Below are positions 1-13,840 of a DNA stretch of 64,000 nucleotides, piece after piece. Position 1 is the first letter of the stretch. Each line of letters starts with the position of its first letter. The notes beneath the pieces are model-generated. The model was not told the DNA's origin and ran no database searches. It worked only from the letters and a program-made list of their open reading frames with translations. The position numbers were made by a program, and so were the translations under genes. The stretch comes from the human T2T-CHM13v2.0 reference genome, Homo sapiens, in NCBI RefSeq assembly GCF_009914755.1, contig NC_060937.1. One strand, written 5' to 3'.

Positions 1-50
1 AATTGCACTTGTACCCCACATATTTATACAAATTTTAAAAAAAGAAGAAA
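1..50 (+). mobile_element. 3' tail of an L1 (L1PB/L1MA-like) with A-rich tail, cut by the window edge
   Basis: ttgcacttgtacccc...tttatacaaa followed by an A-run; typical L1 3' terminus. Confidence 0.55.
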
Positions 51-167
51 CTCACCCTGCTGACACCTTGATTTTGACTTCTAGCCTCCAAAATTGTGAG
101 AAAATTTCTATTGTTTAAGACACCTAATCTCTGGTATTTTGTTATGGCAGCCACAGCAAACTAACAG
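51..167 (+). mobile_element. MLT1 (MaLR) LTR, 3' part
   Basis: ccctgctgacaccttgattttgacttctagcctcc...gttatggcagccacagcaaactaaca is a typical MLT1 3' end. Confidence 0.8.
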
Positions 168-169
168 TG

Positions 170-1175
170 TAGTTTTCTTTGAAAGCACTCAGAGAAAAAC
201 AATGCATAACTAATGGAAGAATAATAATACAAATGGCAACTGACTTTCATCCAGAAAAAAAAAAAAAAAGCCAGAAGATAGTGAAATGGGCTCTTTAAGG
301 TACTGGGGAAAACTTATCAATTCAGAATTCTATATCCAGAAAAAAAAAATCCTTAAAAATGAGGACAAAATAAACACATTTTCAGATAAACATAATCTGG
401 CAAAATGTATCACCAAGAAACCTGAATTGCTAAAGGAAGTCTTTCAGGCTCAGAGGAAACTTGAATCTGCACTAAAAAATGAAGACACCAAAAGATGTAA
501 ATAATATGGGTAAATATAAAAGACTACTTTTTTCTCTTAGTTGTTTCCACAGACAATTGGTTTTTTAAGCCGCCACTCCTTTCAGAACAACTGATTGTTA
601 AAAGCAAAAATATTAACATTGCACTGTGCACTTTTAATGTATGTCAGTGCAAGACATATGACAACAGAATAAACAACAAAGGGAACTATGGAATAAACAA
701 ATAAAACTCTGTAGTTGTAAAAAAACTTACGTTTTTTGGGGAAATGTTACAATATTAACTCTAGGTAGACTGTATTAAATGTAAATATTATAATCCCAAG
801 AGCAAGTACTAAAAAATAACTTAGTACTAAAAAATAGCTTAAAAATTAATAGAGGAATTAACAATTAGTGCTAAAAAATATTCAGTTAGCCCAAAAGAAG
901 GCAGAAAGAAGAAACAAGAAAACCAAAAACAGATAGAAAAATTGGAAAGTAAATCACAACATAGACATAAATCCAACTATATGAATAGTTACATTAAATG
1001 TAAAGGAACTAAACACTCAACTGAAAGGCAAAGACCCACAGACTGTGGAGGAGGGAGGTGGAATGCACAAAAACCAATCATTTTCTATCTGTAAGAGACA
1101 CACTTTAACATGAAGACACAGGTTAAAAGTGGAATCATGGGACTAACACACCATGCAGACACTAATCCTAGAAAG
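170..1175 (+). mobile_element. Old L1M fragment (ORF1 end / inter-ORF / ORF2 start), degenerate
   Basis: A-rich; gaattctatatccag...aaaataaacacattttcagataaac and acattaaatgtaaaggaactaaacactc motifs; ORF 286..504 resembles the decayed L1 ORF1 C-terminus. Confidence 0.7.
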
Positions 1176-1259
1176 TTTCTGTGAAGTAGGAGTTGAGGCA
1201 CTGTTTATCTATAAATTTATGGAGTTTTTCCTATCTCAATTTTTTGGAAAGATTTTTTT

Positions 1260-1855
1260 TTCCATTTTCTGCAGTAGTTGCCTGTGAAGGCAAGAGACAG
1301 ATATGAATAAGGGAACTTTCTCGGTTGAAGAAAGGTTCTATATCTTGATCAGGTGTAGGTTAGGAGGGTGAATATATTTGTAAAACTAACCAAATCACAC
1401 ATTCAAGATTTGTTAATTTCATTGTATGTAATTATTTCTCAGTTTAAAAAAGAGGAAGGCTCTTAAAGACATGTTGACTAACAGCAATGGATAGAGTTTA
1501 TTTAGATCCTGATTTAATTTTTTTAAAACCCTATATATTGGCATATATAAAAATGGAAATAGCCTTAAATATTTGATGACATTAAGAAATTGTTGTTATT
1601 TGCTTTAGCTGAGTAATAGCGCTTTGTTTTTTATTTTATTATCTTTTAGAGAAACATTTTAAATATTGAAGGATGAAATGAGCTAATGTTTGGGATTGGC
1701 TTCTAAATAGCATGAGGAGAGTTAGTAGTGGATGGGATGTATATGAAACCAGACTGAGCAAGGGTTGACGACTGTTGAAGTTGAGATATGGATACACTGG
1801 AGCTGGATACATTGTTTTCTTTTTAGAATTCTTTCTAATAAAATTATTTTAAAAA
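1260..1855 (+). mobile_element. Old L1M (L1MC/ME) 3' UTR fragment
   Basis: agtagttgcc...gggaactttc...gttctatatcttgat...catttgtaaaac-type motifs. Confidence 0.6.
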
Positions 1856-2619
1856 GGTAAAAAATCTTTCTGCCTTTGTACATAATTGTTTTCTGACTAA
1901 AAGGCCTTTTCAGCCATTCTCTCATTTAAAGTTTGACACACCATTTCTCTCGCCTTATGCTCTGTCTCAAACGGCACTTCTTCCTGCCTCCTTTATTCTG
2001 TGGTGTCCTCATTTTTCCCCTAACATAATTAGCATCTGCTTCCTAATGGTTCTTATTACTCTACGTTATGGGACCATGTTTCCCTTCAAACCCGTGCTCT
2101 TTTCAAAGTGACAGAGCAACAACCCCAAAGGGATTTTTGAGTCCAGAAAAAAAGCTGAGTGATTTTTCAATATTAATATTAATGTATCTCCATATGTATC
2201 ACCAAGAAACACATTCTTCTAAAAAATATTAAGTATTATTTATATGCTTGATGTCAACAATGTTTAAGAACTAATCCATGAGATTCAAACTCATAGTTAG
2301 CTGGTAGTTCAAAAATTTTAATAATTTAACCACACACTTTATGGGAAAGATACACACACACAAACACACACAGTGGTAAATAAACACTAACAGTGTGAAT
2401 GGTAGAATTACATGGAACTTCCAATGGCTTCTTCATATCCTTTCTGTCTCTGAATGTTTGCAACTATTATTAATTACTTTTGCAATCAAAATAACTTAGT
2501 TTTTAAAGTTAACTGGATAATTATCTTTTAATAAGATGACGCCAAGGATAATATTCTATTCATTAGACTTAGATAGGGAAGAGACTGAAATACAGTTAAA
2601 ACAAATCCATCAGATGGAA

Positions 2620-3120
2620 TGACTAATCTTTGCATCATTAATACTGAGCCACTATCACTATATGCCTCCTACATGATGTAGTATGGGATACACACCATCA
2701 TCTATGAAACACTCTTGCCAAAATGAGCAGCGTGAATGCAATCAAATTTGTAGACCTACATTCCAATTGATAGAATATATGGGGGACAGAAAAGCAAGTT
2801 AAACACTACCGTGAAGAATTGACCACCCAAGTCCAGAGGGAGGATACAGGAAATCTTTTAGATCTCTTCATCAGATCAATGTCAAAGGGGAAAAAAGAGG
2901 CACAGAGGAACCCACTTCAAATGTGATATAAAAACCCCTGATCTTAAATGGTAAAAGATATTTCAAGAGCAAATTAGGGAAAGGTGGTTATGGATTGAAT
3001 ATTAGATGCTATAAGAAATTGGTGTTAATTCCACATTGTGAATTATCACTATGAGGTACATATTCTTGTTTCTCTGCAACACACCTGAAATATTCAGGTG
3101 TAAATGTCAAGCTGTCAATA
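2620..3120 (+). mobile_element. Old L1ME/L1MC 3' end fragment
   Basis: cctacatgatgtagtatggga...atctatgaa...cttgccaaaa, and gattgaatattagatg motifs. Confidence 0.5.
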
Positions 3121-3157
3121 ACTTAACTTACGAAGCAAAACAATTGGTCAAAAATTA

Positions 3158-3628
3158 TGTTACTTGGGGAGGGTCTCGACTACAAATTGTTCAAATTCTT
3201 GGCATTTTGAACAAAGAATTGGACAAAATGCACAAATAAACCAATGAAAGAATGAAGCAATAAAAGCAGAGCTTTATTGAAACAAAAGTACACTCAATCA
3301 GGCAGCTCAAGAGTGCTGGCTAAGCAATTTTCTGGGGTTTAAATACCCCCTAGAGGTTTCCCATTTGTTACGTGGTTATACCCTATGCAAATGAACGAGT
3401 GACCTGAGACCAGTCTGATTGATTGCAGGAGGAGACCAATAAGAAGTACTTTCCATTTTTCCTCTGCCACACAGTGGAAAGTAGGGGGATGACTGCAAAG
3501 GGAGTAGCCTCTGATCCTCTGATCCATACTTAGGCATGGAAGGGGGCGGTTTCCTTAGATTCAGTTCTAGGAAGTCAGCGTAAATCAGCCTTAGAGTCCC
3601 TGCCTCCAGACCCCATGCTCCTGCCTCA
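3158..3628 (-). mobile_element. MER51-type ERV1 solo LTR
   Basis: TG...CA ends; minus strand begins TGAGGCAGGAGCATGGGGTCTGGAGGCAGGG (MER51-like); perfect 4-bp TSD atta at 3154-3157 and 3629-3632. Confidence 0.8.
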
Positions 3629-3935
3629 ATTAGATCTAGGTAGTAGTATTATGGCAGGCTCAAAAATGGTTGGTGGCCCAAAATATATCCACTTGCTATT
3701 CCTGGGCCCTGTGAATGTTACCTTATGTGCCCCAAAAAAGAAGTCTTTGAAGATGTGATTAGTTTAAGGATCTTGACATGGGAGATTATCCTGGATTATC
3801 CAGTCAGCCCTAAATGCAATCACATGTATCCTTATGGGACAGGCAGAGGTGTATTAAACACAGACAGTGGAGAAAGTGATAGGAAAATGGAGAAGAGAGA
3901 GTTGAAGATGCTGGTCTTGAAAACTGGAGTGGTGT

Positions 3936-5984
3936 ACCTATTCAACATAGTGTTGGAATTTCTGGCCAGGGCAATCAGGCAAGAGAAAGAAATAAAGGGT
4001 ATTCAATTAGGAAAAGAGGAAGTCAAATTGTCCCTGTTTGCAGATGACATGATTGTATATTTAGAAAACCCCATTGTTTCAGCCCAAAATCTCCTTAAGC
4101 TGATAAGCAACTTCAGCAAAGTCTCAGGATACAAAATCAATGTGCAAAAATCACAAACATTCCTATACACCAATAACAGACAGAGAGACAAATCATGAGT
4201 GAACTCTCATTCACAATTGCTACAAAGAGAATAAAATACTTAGGAATCCAACTTACAAGGAATGTGAAGGACCTTTTCAAGGAGAACTACAAACCACTGC
4301 TCAACAAAATAAAAGAGGACACAAACAAATGCAAGAACATTCCATGCTCATGGATAGGAAGAATCAATATTGTGAAAATGGCCATACTGCCCAAGGTAAT
4401 TTACAGATTCAATGCCATCCCCATCAAGTCCCCAATGACTGTCTTCACAGAATGGGAAAAACTACTTTAAAGTTCATATGGAACCAAAAAAGAGCCCACA
4501 TTGCCAAGACAAGCCTAAGCAAAAAGAACAAAGCTGGAGGCATCATGCTACCTGACTTCAAACTATACTACAAGGCTACAGTAACCAAAACAGCATGGTA
4601 CTGGTACCAAAACAGATATATAGACCAATGGAACAGAACAGAGGCCTCAGAAATAACACCACATATCTACAAACACCTGATCTTTGAAAAATCTGACAAA
4701 AGCAAGAAATGGGGAAAGGATACCCTATTTAATAAATGGTGCTGGGAAAACTGGCTAGCCATACGTAGAAAGCTGAAACTGGATCCCTTCCTTACACCTT
4801 ATACAAAAATTAATTCAAGATAGATTAAAGACTTAAATGTTAGACCTAAAACCATAAAAACCCTAGAAGAAAACCTAGGCAATACCATTCAGGACATAGG
4901 CATGGGCAAGGACTTCATGACTAAAACACAAAAAGCAATGGCAACAAAAGCCAAAATAGACAAATGGGATCGAATTAAACTAAAGAGCTTCTGCACGGCA
5001 GAAGAAACTACCATCAGAGTGAAGAGGTAACCTACAGAATAGGAGAAAATTTTTGCAATCTACTCATCTGACAAGGCTAATACCCAGAATCTACAAAGAA
5101 CTCAAACAAATTTACAATAAAAAAACAAAAACCCCATCAAAAAGTGGACAAATGATATGAACAGACACTTCTCAAAAGAAGACATCTATGCAGCCGACAG
5201 ACACAAGAAAAAAATGCTCATCATTACTGGTCATCAGAGAAATGCAAATCAAAACCACAATGAGATACCATCTCACACCAGTTAGAATGGCAATCATTAA
5301 AAAGTCAGGAAACAACAGATGCTGGAGAGGATGTGGAGAAATAGGAATGCTTTCACACTGTTGGTGGGAGTGTAAATTAGTTCAACCATTGTGGAAGACA
5401 GTGTGGTGATTCCTCAAGAATCTAGAACTAGAAATACCATTTGACCCAGCCATCCCATTACTGGGTATATACCCAAAGGATCATAAATCATGCTACTACA
5501 AAGACACATGCACACGTATGTTTATTGTGGCACTATTCACAATAGCAAAGACTTGGAACCAACCCAAATGTCCATCAATGATAGACTTGATTAAGAAAAT
5601 GTGGCACATATACACCATGGAATACTATGCAGCCATAAAAAAGGATGAGTTCATGTCCTTTGTAGGGACATGGATGAAGCTGGAAGCCATCACTCTCAGC
5701 AAACTATCGCAAGGATAGAAAACCAAACACCACACGTTCTCACTCATAGGTGGGAATCGAACAGTGAGAACACCTGGACACAGGGCGGGGAACATCACAC
5801 ACCAGGGCCTGCTGGAGGGTGGGGGCTAGGGGAGGGATAGCATTAGAAATACCTAATGTAAATGATGAATTGATGGGTGCAGCAAACCAAACTGGCACAT
5901 GTATACCTATGTATCAAACCTGCACATTGTGAACATGTATCCTAGAACTTAAAGTATAATAAAATTTAGAAAAAAAGAAAGAAA
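3936..5984 (+). mobile_element. 5'-truncated primate L1 (L1PA6-8-like): ORF2 3' half, 3' UTR and poly(A)
   Basis: L1 3' UTR (ggggagggatagcattag...gcagcaaacca), A-tail, and 17-bp TSD gaaaa(c/t)tggagtggtgt at 3919-3935 and 5985-6001. Confidence 0.95.
3937..5718 (+). pseudogene. Disrupted LINE-1 ORF2 (reverse transcriptase and C-terminal Cys-rich domain)
   Basis: Translations include LFNIVLE...[14 protein letters not shown] (RT FADD motif), [27 protein letters not shown] and CWRGCGE...HCWWEC, spread over several frames with stops. Confidence 0.95.
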
Positions 5985-8404
5985 GAAAATTGGAGTGGTG
6001 TGGTCACAAACCGAGTAGTACCACCAACCACCAGAAAATGGAAGAAGCTAGAAACAAATTCTCTCCGAGAGTCTTAGCAGCAAGTGCAGTCCTGGTAACA
6101 CACTGATTTCAGCCAAGTCCAGAACTGTAAGAGAATAAACCTCTGCTGTTTCAGGCCACCATGTTTTTGGTGATTTGTTACAACATCTAGAGGAAACTAA
6201 CACATGTTTTTCTGGGAATTTACTACAATTTTCTCTCCTTCTGAATGCAACAAAATTCTTACAATAAAATATTTTAGTCTGTAAATTCTTTAAAGATCCA
6301 AATGCAATTGTTTTAAGGAGAAACAGTATTTTTTAAAATTATTTCAAAGGAAAGATGATACACTCGAACACAAAAAAATAGGCATTAATATCAGATTATT
6401 GCCTATGTTACCCTGTATTAATGACACTCCAAAATTTTAAAATCATTCTTTTCTTTTTTTCCTACTTTTAAAACATCCTTCTTATTTGACAATTAAATTA
6501 CTTTACAGGCAACATGTAAGCTGGTAAACCACATACTATATTATGGAGATAAAATTGTAGGAACTAACCTTTCAAGAACCAGTTGCAAGTGATATAAAAT
6601 ATAGCACTTGTAGGCTTTCTGATATTTTTCATATTGTGGTTTCCAAGTCATTCTTAATTTTGTAAACTATTTTTTGTGAATATTCTCTCCTCCCAAAAAT
6701 ATAACATAAGTTATCCAAATTTACTGCCATAATCAGAGTCTATTTTGGCAAAGAAAGCTATTGGCAAGAAAAAAGGGTGGTGGTTCAGGGTAGTATGGAA
6801 ACCCCTTCAAGTGATCTCTCATATTTTGTATGAGCTTGTTTTTCCTTCTCATCACAAGATATTTTGGCTTGGAAATAACAACCTAGCAAGAGCAGATGAA
6901 CTGTTACATCATTACACACTAAAAGAAGACAGCACAAAATATGTCTAATTTATAATGAATTTTCAAATTAATTTCCTTTTTAATGGTCCTGGATTTTGCA
7001 ATGTGGATAGACTGGTAAATGGTTGGCACAGATACACAAGGGTAATCCAATAGAAATTTAGGAGCAGCTTGAAAAGAAAAATTATTCACTCACCCTTTCT
7101 AAGCCAACTTTTTTTCCGAGAAAGAGCACATATTTTAATGTTTGTGTATGAAAGAGAATTATAGGTAGGGAAATGGGACTGAAGGAGCTGGAAGTAGAGT
7201 GAAGTTGTGGAAATATTTAAAGACAGTGGATAATCCAAAATATAACTGAATTTGGAATGGAATTCACTCTTACATTTTAATGTACATGTGTCTGGGGTTC
7301 TTGTGATTCACAACACTTGAACAGAATTACAAGTCTCTGTTTCAAGGACCACTAAGTCTTCAGTAGCTGGAAAAGTGTCCTCCTGTCTCCATTTTCCTAC
7401 GTATTCAACTTCTCTGTGCTTTCTATTCTACATTAGGAATAGTTAGCACGTCTCTCAGATTGCCACCGAGTAAACCCCTTCTCCCTAGAGGATCGCTACC
7501 CTTACCCTTCCCTTCATGCCTGGGCATGATGGATGGGGAGAAAGTTGTGTTGCTGGATATGGCTAATACGTTGACGAGTCCTTGGCAACGGTTCTGATTG
7601 ATGTGGTAAGCAGTGCACTTAGGAACCACTCCTACGCAAGATAAACTCTATGTCAAATCATACAGTGGACCCGTATATGAAAATCTTCATTTCTAAATCA
7701 TCTTGGAAACTCCTTATACAAAGAAAATATTGCAAACTGCTGGAAGTGAAATCTTCCAGCCCTTTTCAATTCTGCTGCCATGTCTGAATACTTTCAATAA
7801 ATAGCCCCAGTCTCAGGTTATCAGGAAGTTAAAGAAACCGTGAGAAACACATGATACAATGTTACTGCATGACATTCGGGGTTATGACTTGTTTACAATG
7901 GGAGCACTCAATGTTATAAAGGACTAAAATTCTCCATTAATTAATATTTGGGTTAAGTGTGAATATAATCACATTTCTAAAATTATTTTTAGAATTTAGT
8001 AAAATTGTTCCAGAGTTTATTTAGAAGGGTATATTTTCAAATACTCAGAAAAATTCTAAGGAACAAAGAGAATAGCAACATTTAAAATAATAATTAAACT
8101 GGTATGGTGATGACGCAGAGAAATAGTGCTGGAAGAAAATAGAACTCACATTAGAAACTGCATAGGTAGATTTAGCACATAATAAAGGGCTGCAAATGAA
8201 CAGGAGGAAAGACATTTATTATTAATAGTGTTGGCAGAACTCACTAGCCATTTGAAAAATAAATAAATAAATCTGTATTTTTACCACGCTTCTAACACTA
8301 ACATAAAGTCCAAATGGAACAAGCACTTAAAGGTAAAACATTAAGATAATGGGGAAAAAAATCATTTAAATATCTGTATAATTTTAGCACAGTAGATGTT
8401 TTCT

Positions 8405-8696
8405 GGCTGGGCATGGTGGCTCATGCCTATAATTCCAGCATTTTGGGAGGCTGAAGTGGGAAGGTTGCTTGAAGCCCAAGAGTTCAAGACCAGCAACATA
8501 GTAAGATCTCATCTCCATGTTTAAAAAAAAAAATTATTAACTGAGTATGATGGTGTACACCTGTAGTCCCAGCTACTCAGGAGGCTGAGGTGTGAGGATC
8601 ACTTGAGCTCCAGAGGTTGAGGCTGCAGTGATCGTGCCACTGCACTTTAACCTGGGTGACAGAGCAAGACACTGTTTCAAAAGAAAAAAAACAAAA
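8405..8696 (+). mobile_element. AluJ
   Basis: Dimeric Alu with J-type diagnostics (gcttgaagcccaagagttc, ggttgaggctgcagtg) and A-tail. Confidence 0.9.
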
Positions 8697-9372
8697 GCTT
8701 TTCTCAGCTCAAAGCAACAGTTATAAAGTAAACGGTAAATATACACATAGAAAGAAAAATAACTATTGTACACAAAGATATGTAATAGATAGATATATAA
8801 TATTTTAAATAGAAAATTAATTACCTACATCAGAAAAATAAGTAAACTTTAAGAAGTAAAAGAAAAAACTAAATAAATATTTACAGCCTATATGACAATA
8901 GGCAAATCTCCTTGATACTATGAAATTTTCTTCTCCGTCAACAAGGAAAGCTATCACATCCATTTTTAATGGGGCAAGAGGTGTTAGGATTCATTTCACG
9001 GAGGACACAAAAGGAGTGGCCATTAATCACTGGAAACACTGATCAAACTCACAAATAATTAAATTCAGATAACAATAAGACATCATTTTTCAACTATCAA
9101 ATTGGTAGTGGTCAAAAAGTTAATAATACTGGGTATTGGCAAGAACATGGGAAAACAAGTTCTGTCATGTGCTGCGAGTGGCAGTGTGAAATTGTGCTAA
9201 TTTTTTGGAAGGAAAAATTGAAACATCTATTAAAATGTTTAATATTCATATTCTTTAACAATTTCACATCTAAGAATTTTTCCAACTGAAAAACTCACAC
9301 AAATATGCAAAGAAATATGAATAACATTTTTTTGCCTCATGGTTTATAATGGTGAAAAAATTAGGAACTAAT

Positions 9373-9686
<314 letters not shown>

Positions 9687-9949
9687 TTATCAATGAAGAA
9701 AAATTAAATATGTTGACATGGAAAGACATTCAAGACATTATTGTTAAGTCTACAAAAGATAGTTGCCGACCTAGATATATGATACTATTTTTGTTAAGAA
9801 ATTGTTTATATGCCTAGGTATATATGTGTATGCAGCATGCATATATACAAATCTGAAGGAAAATCCATCACTCTCTACAGTGATGGCTTCTGAATATGAA
9901 AAGTATGAAGATATTTCAGGAGGAGCTGAGGCATAGAAATACACAGTGT

Positions 9950-11130
9950 GAACTGGAAGAACCAATGCAGGATGGTAAAAACAGTTGGAGGCACCACCCT
10001 AGTATAAGAAAAATAAAAAATAAAAGAGACCTAAGTAGCAGCATGCCATCTCCTCTCCCTATGCCAGCCCTCACCACACCCCACCCCTTCTCCGTGCAGC
10101 TCTATCCTGTCCTTCCCTGAAAGGCTTCCCTGTGGGCCTCTGTTGGCTTCAGTCAATGAGGGCACTGGCAGAGAACTTGACAGCAAGAAGAGAGGGGTCA
10201 GGGTCTTTCTTCCCTTCTTCCTTACTGTCTCGGTGCTGTGTCTTGTCAAAATCAGGTTTAGTAAGGAAAGATTTTATTCTGAAGAATTATTGCGGGGTGG
10301 GGAGACTGTTGCACTGGGAGAAAGCTCTGATGATAAAGTCTGCAAGTGTCTCCGGAGTTGGGCAAAAGGAGATTTTCTCGTATAGGGAGGAGGAGACAAG
10401 GCTAGAAAAAAACAAGCACGGGAGAGTGGGATGAAGGGGTCACGTGACAGGCAGTGGCTCACGGATGGTCGCCTCTAAGGCCAGCCTCGTCCCTGGAGGG
10501 GCTGAAGACTGGCTCACACAGAGGGTGGGCCGATGTTCAGGGACCTGGGGGAAGGGAAAAGCTTAACCAAAGCTTGATTAACAAACGTTTTATTCTCATT
10601 GATCAGTGAAGACAAGCAGTTCGGCTAATCATTTATGAGGCCAACAAAGAATTTGGGGGGTCTGTGTCTGGCTTTGTCATAGGCAAACAAGGTGGTGGCT
10701 GGGGGAGGAGGGACTCCCTTGATTCTTATCTAGGTCATGTGGGGAAGGGTAGTTCCTTGCAGTAAGCAGCTTCCCAGAATGCGAAGGGTAGAAGATTTCT
10801 TAAGGTTTTCTGTTTTCCAGAATCCTAGGGCTTGGGTAAAGTTCAGGATTGTCAGCCTCCAGCCATGTGGGCCTTTCTCTGCAACTACAGTGGGCTTAGA
10901 GCTGTCCTCAGGCTTCCTGCTATGAACCATGTCTTCACCTGCCTCCCCAGCCCTAGAGCTCAGGACGCCACCGCCACCGGCTATTGATGGTCTCTGCGGG
11001 CCTCAACACCCTCTGCTGGTTCCTTAACTCACACTCCTACCACCTGCTCTCAGTTTAAATGATTAAAGCCTCATCATCAGTTCTGAGCTCAACTCTATGT
11101 CCTGCTGTGGTCCTGGTGGCTTGTAATAAC
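9950..11130. mobile_element. Probable nested old LTR fragments (ERVL LTR16/33-like flanks around an ERV1-like LTR at ~10240-10850)
   Basis: LTR-like composition and motifs (ctgctggttccttaac...attaaagcctc; tttattctgaag...gcactggga); family uncertain. Confidence 0.35.
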
Positions 11131-13150
11131 CAGTTAAAAAATTAATGCTCCTCCTCATTTTGTCACATCAAGTTTCTTTTTAACACAGCCACAGGTTACC
11201 AGGTAAATAAGGTAGATATCAAGGTGCCAACACAGCAAAGAGACTGAACCTAAAGTTAGTTTGTTTCATTTATTCTGGAAAATCACCAAAATATATATCG
11301 TGATTAATACATCACCAAAGGGTCCTAATCATGTTCCTTTTGAACACAATACCTAAGTTTGATTTTATCATTATCAAAAAGCTTTTATGAGGCACCTGTA
11401 GGAGACACTAACTTGGAAACATAGGGCCAGGAAAGCCTTGAGTCTCTTAGTCCAGGGATCCTGGGGTTTTGCTGTGGTGGTGGTAGTTCAATGTGGCACC
11501 CGCTGCCCCACTGTAGGCCCAAGCTGAGCTGAGAGAAGGAAGAAACTTGGGCCACACTGCATTGCTTACTATGCCTCCCTCTGCCCCCTTTCTCTCCTGC
11601 TGAAAACAGGAAGAGGCCTTTCTTTTATTTCTCTTACATCCTGCCTTCTTCTTGTCTCCAGATAAGGCTTCATGGCTTTTCTAAACAGCCAAAGGAGCAT
11701 TCTGTCAACCAAGGTCTCCAAGCCCAGTTGTTAATATGGCAAATGTGGAAATAAATGAATTTGGAAAATCCATTATTAAGACAATAGCTGACTTTACCAG
11801 GCTATTGTTTTGCCAAACAGTTCAATTTTAGACTCAAGAGCTGAATATCGTCTTAGCCTTTCCCTCTGCAGCCGTTTGGTAGCTAATATCAGTTACCATC
11901 TGAGCAGAAGATATTTTGGGTGAAGTGAACTCAGGTCCTATATTCACTAGGGCAATAGTGGGAGGAGAGCTCCTAAATGATTTGTTATATATCCCACATC
12001 ACAGCACAGCATCTTAATGAAGACACCCAGGCAGTGATTGCAATGTGAGCCTTCAGGAGCACAGGAGCACTTCACTCACCTCATGGAGGCTTGCGAGATG
12101 CAAGAAGCCAGGAGCCCATCCCCACGTGGAAGGAGGTGCACCTTTTGCTGTAACCCTTCAAGCTATGGAGGTGAAGGACTCACGCACAATGGAATTACAA
12201 TGCTATTTACATAGCCATCAATTACACTTACAGAACAATTCCAGATAAGGTTTGTGTGGTATTTTTGCATTGACACAGCAGCCATAAACCAACAAGAATT
12301 ATCAATACTTAGTAGATAGGAAAACAGCTAGACAACAAAGCCCCCAAAAACCTAGCATATATTGCAAGACCCTTCAGGAAGCTTGACTGTGAGATAGATC
12401 TGTGGGCTCTGACCACAGTCTCAGAGGCACAGTGCAGAGTGTATTCAAAATCCCTCTTGGAAAGCTTTTGCACACAAAGGGAGCCCAAGAGTCACATCTC
12501 TACACTGATCTATGTGTAGTTAATGCAACAGAGAATAGGAACATAAATAATAGCAATGGAAATTAAGCTTATTAAGTTTTACAGTTGTGGCAAAGAGTTT
12601 CTGAGTCTCAGACTGGAGTTTCACAATTGAAAACAAGGCGGAAAATATTGTCTTTATTGACACAAAGAAGAGAGCAGTCTGCAGCCAGAAAACAGAGAAG
12701 CACGTGCCAGGGGTACTGTTTGTCCAAGCACTTGCTTGAAACTCATTTGATGCTAAACAGTGGTCAAATGACAACATCCAATTCCAAAACTTACTGCTGC
12801 CCAAAGTACCCTCAATTCATGACCTTCCCAAGCCCCTCTTACTTATTAGAAACCAAGAGCTATTTTATCAAGTTGAATTAATCAAAAAACATTTATTGGG
12901 TTCATTTTGAGTGACACCCTTTCAGTTCTGCAAATATAATGAACCAGAACCAAAAAATGGTATCGTGTGAATTGTTAAGGTCAGGAACTGAGGATCTGTA
13001 GGCAACTGTACCATCAGAACAGCAGCTTCTCAGTGTTTCTCCTTGGCAGAGGTTGGATGTGGAAATACAACGCACAGGACCCATCATTTTACTTAAGCTA
13101 CAAGGCGTTCTGTTTGTCTAGTGCAGTAAATAAACCACTCAAAAATAGTT

Positions 13151-13368
13151 GGTCAGGGTTCGAGACGAGCCTGGGCAACATAGCAATACCCTGTCTCCAC
13201 AAAAAAATAAAATTATCTGGGCATGATGGTGTGCACCTGAAATCTCAACTACTCTGGAGGCTGAAGCAGGTGGATTGCTTGAGCCCAACGGTTCAAGGTA
13301 ACAGTGAACTATGATCATACCACCGCACTCTCAGGCAACAGAGTAAGACCTTGTCTCAAAAAAAAGAA
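13151..13368 (+). mobile_element. 5'-truncated AluJ
   Basis: gttcgagacgagcctgggcaacatagc...ggattgcttgagccc...gaccttgtctcaaaaaaa. Confidence 0.85.
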
Positions 13369-13399
13369 GTAAAACGTTACTAAAACAATAATTTTAGTT

Positions 13400-13840
13400 T
13401 GCTTTTCAATCTAAGGGTTGACTGGGCTCAGCCAGGAGGTTCCTGAATTCTTGCTCCAGGTCTTTTAACTACAGTCAAAACAGTCAGAAGATGCCTGGGG
13501 CTTCTTCACTCACACCACTGATAGAAAACTCGAACAGCCAGGGAATGGGGCAGCTGGGGCTCCTTGAGTGTCGCTCCCTCTCAGGCATGTGCTCTGCTCA
13601 CCTGAAGCTGTCAGGGGTGTAAGCCTTCCTCCTACATGAGTGTCCCCAGACAATCTGGCAGATGCTTCACGTTCTTTTCTAACCTACCTTCTGGGAGTCA
13701 AGGGCATCACTTCCACGGAACTCTATCTCGGGAGGCGTTACAAAGGCCCACTCAGTTTCAAGGAGAGAGTCTTAGCTACCACCCCGTGGAGGTAGGCATT
13801 TCAGAAAATTTACAGACCTGTTTTTAAACCATCTCACAGC
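13400..13840 (-). mobile_element. Old MLT1 (H/J/K-like) LTR
   Basis: gttgactgggctcagcc...cttcttcactcac...catcacttcc...caaaggcccactcagtttcaaggagag. Confidence 0.6.

Larger units (their letters stand above)
3651..6204 (+). mobile_element. MLT1C-like MaLR solo LTR split by an L1PA insertion (3651-3935 and 5985-6204)
   Basis: tggcaggct...gtgaatgttacctta...ggagattatcctggattatcc on the left; continues ggagtggtgtggtcacaa...gaataaacctctgctgttt...ggaaactaacaca on the right. Confidence 0.8.

Noticed and set aside
805-840. 18-bp tandem duplication agtactaaaaaata(a/g)ctt
   Set aside because: Trivial slippage event inside an old L1
3725-5718. ORFs with reverse-transcriptase motifs as a novel RT system
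   Set aside because: Plain LINE-1 ORF2 remnant: 5'-truncated, frameshifted, with a standard L1 3' UTR and TSD
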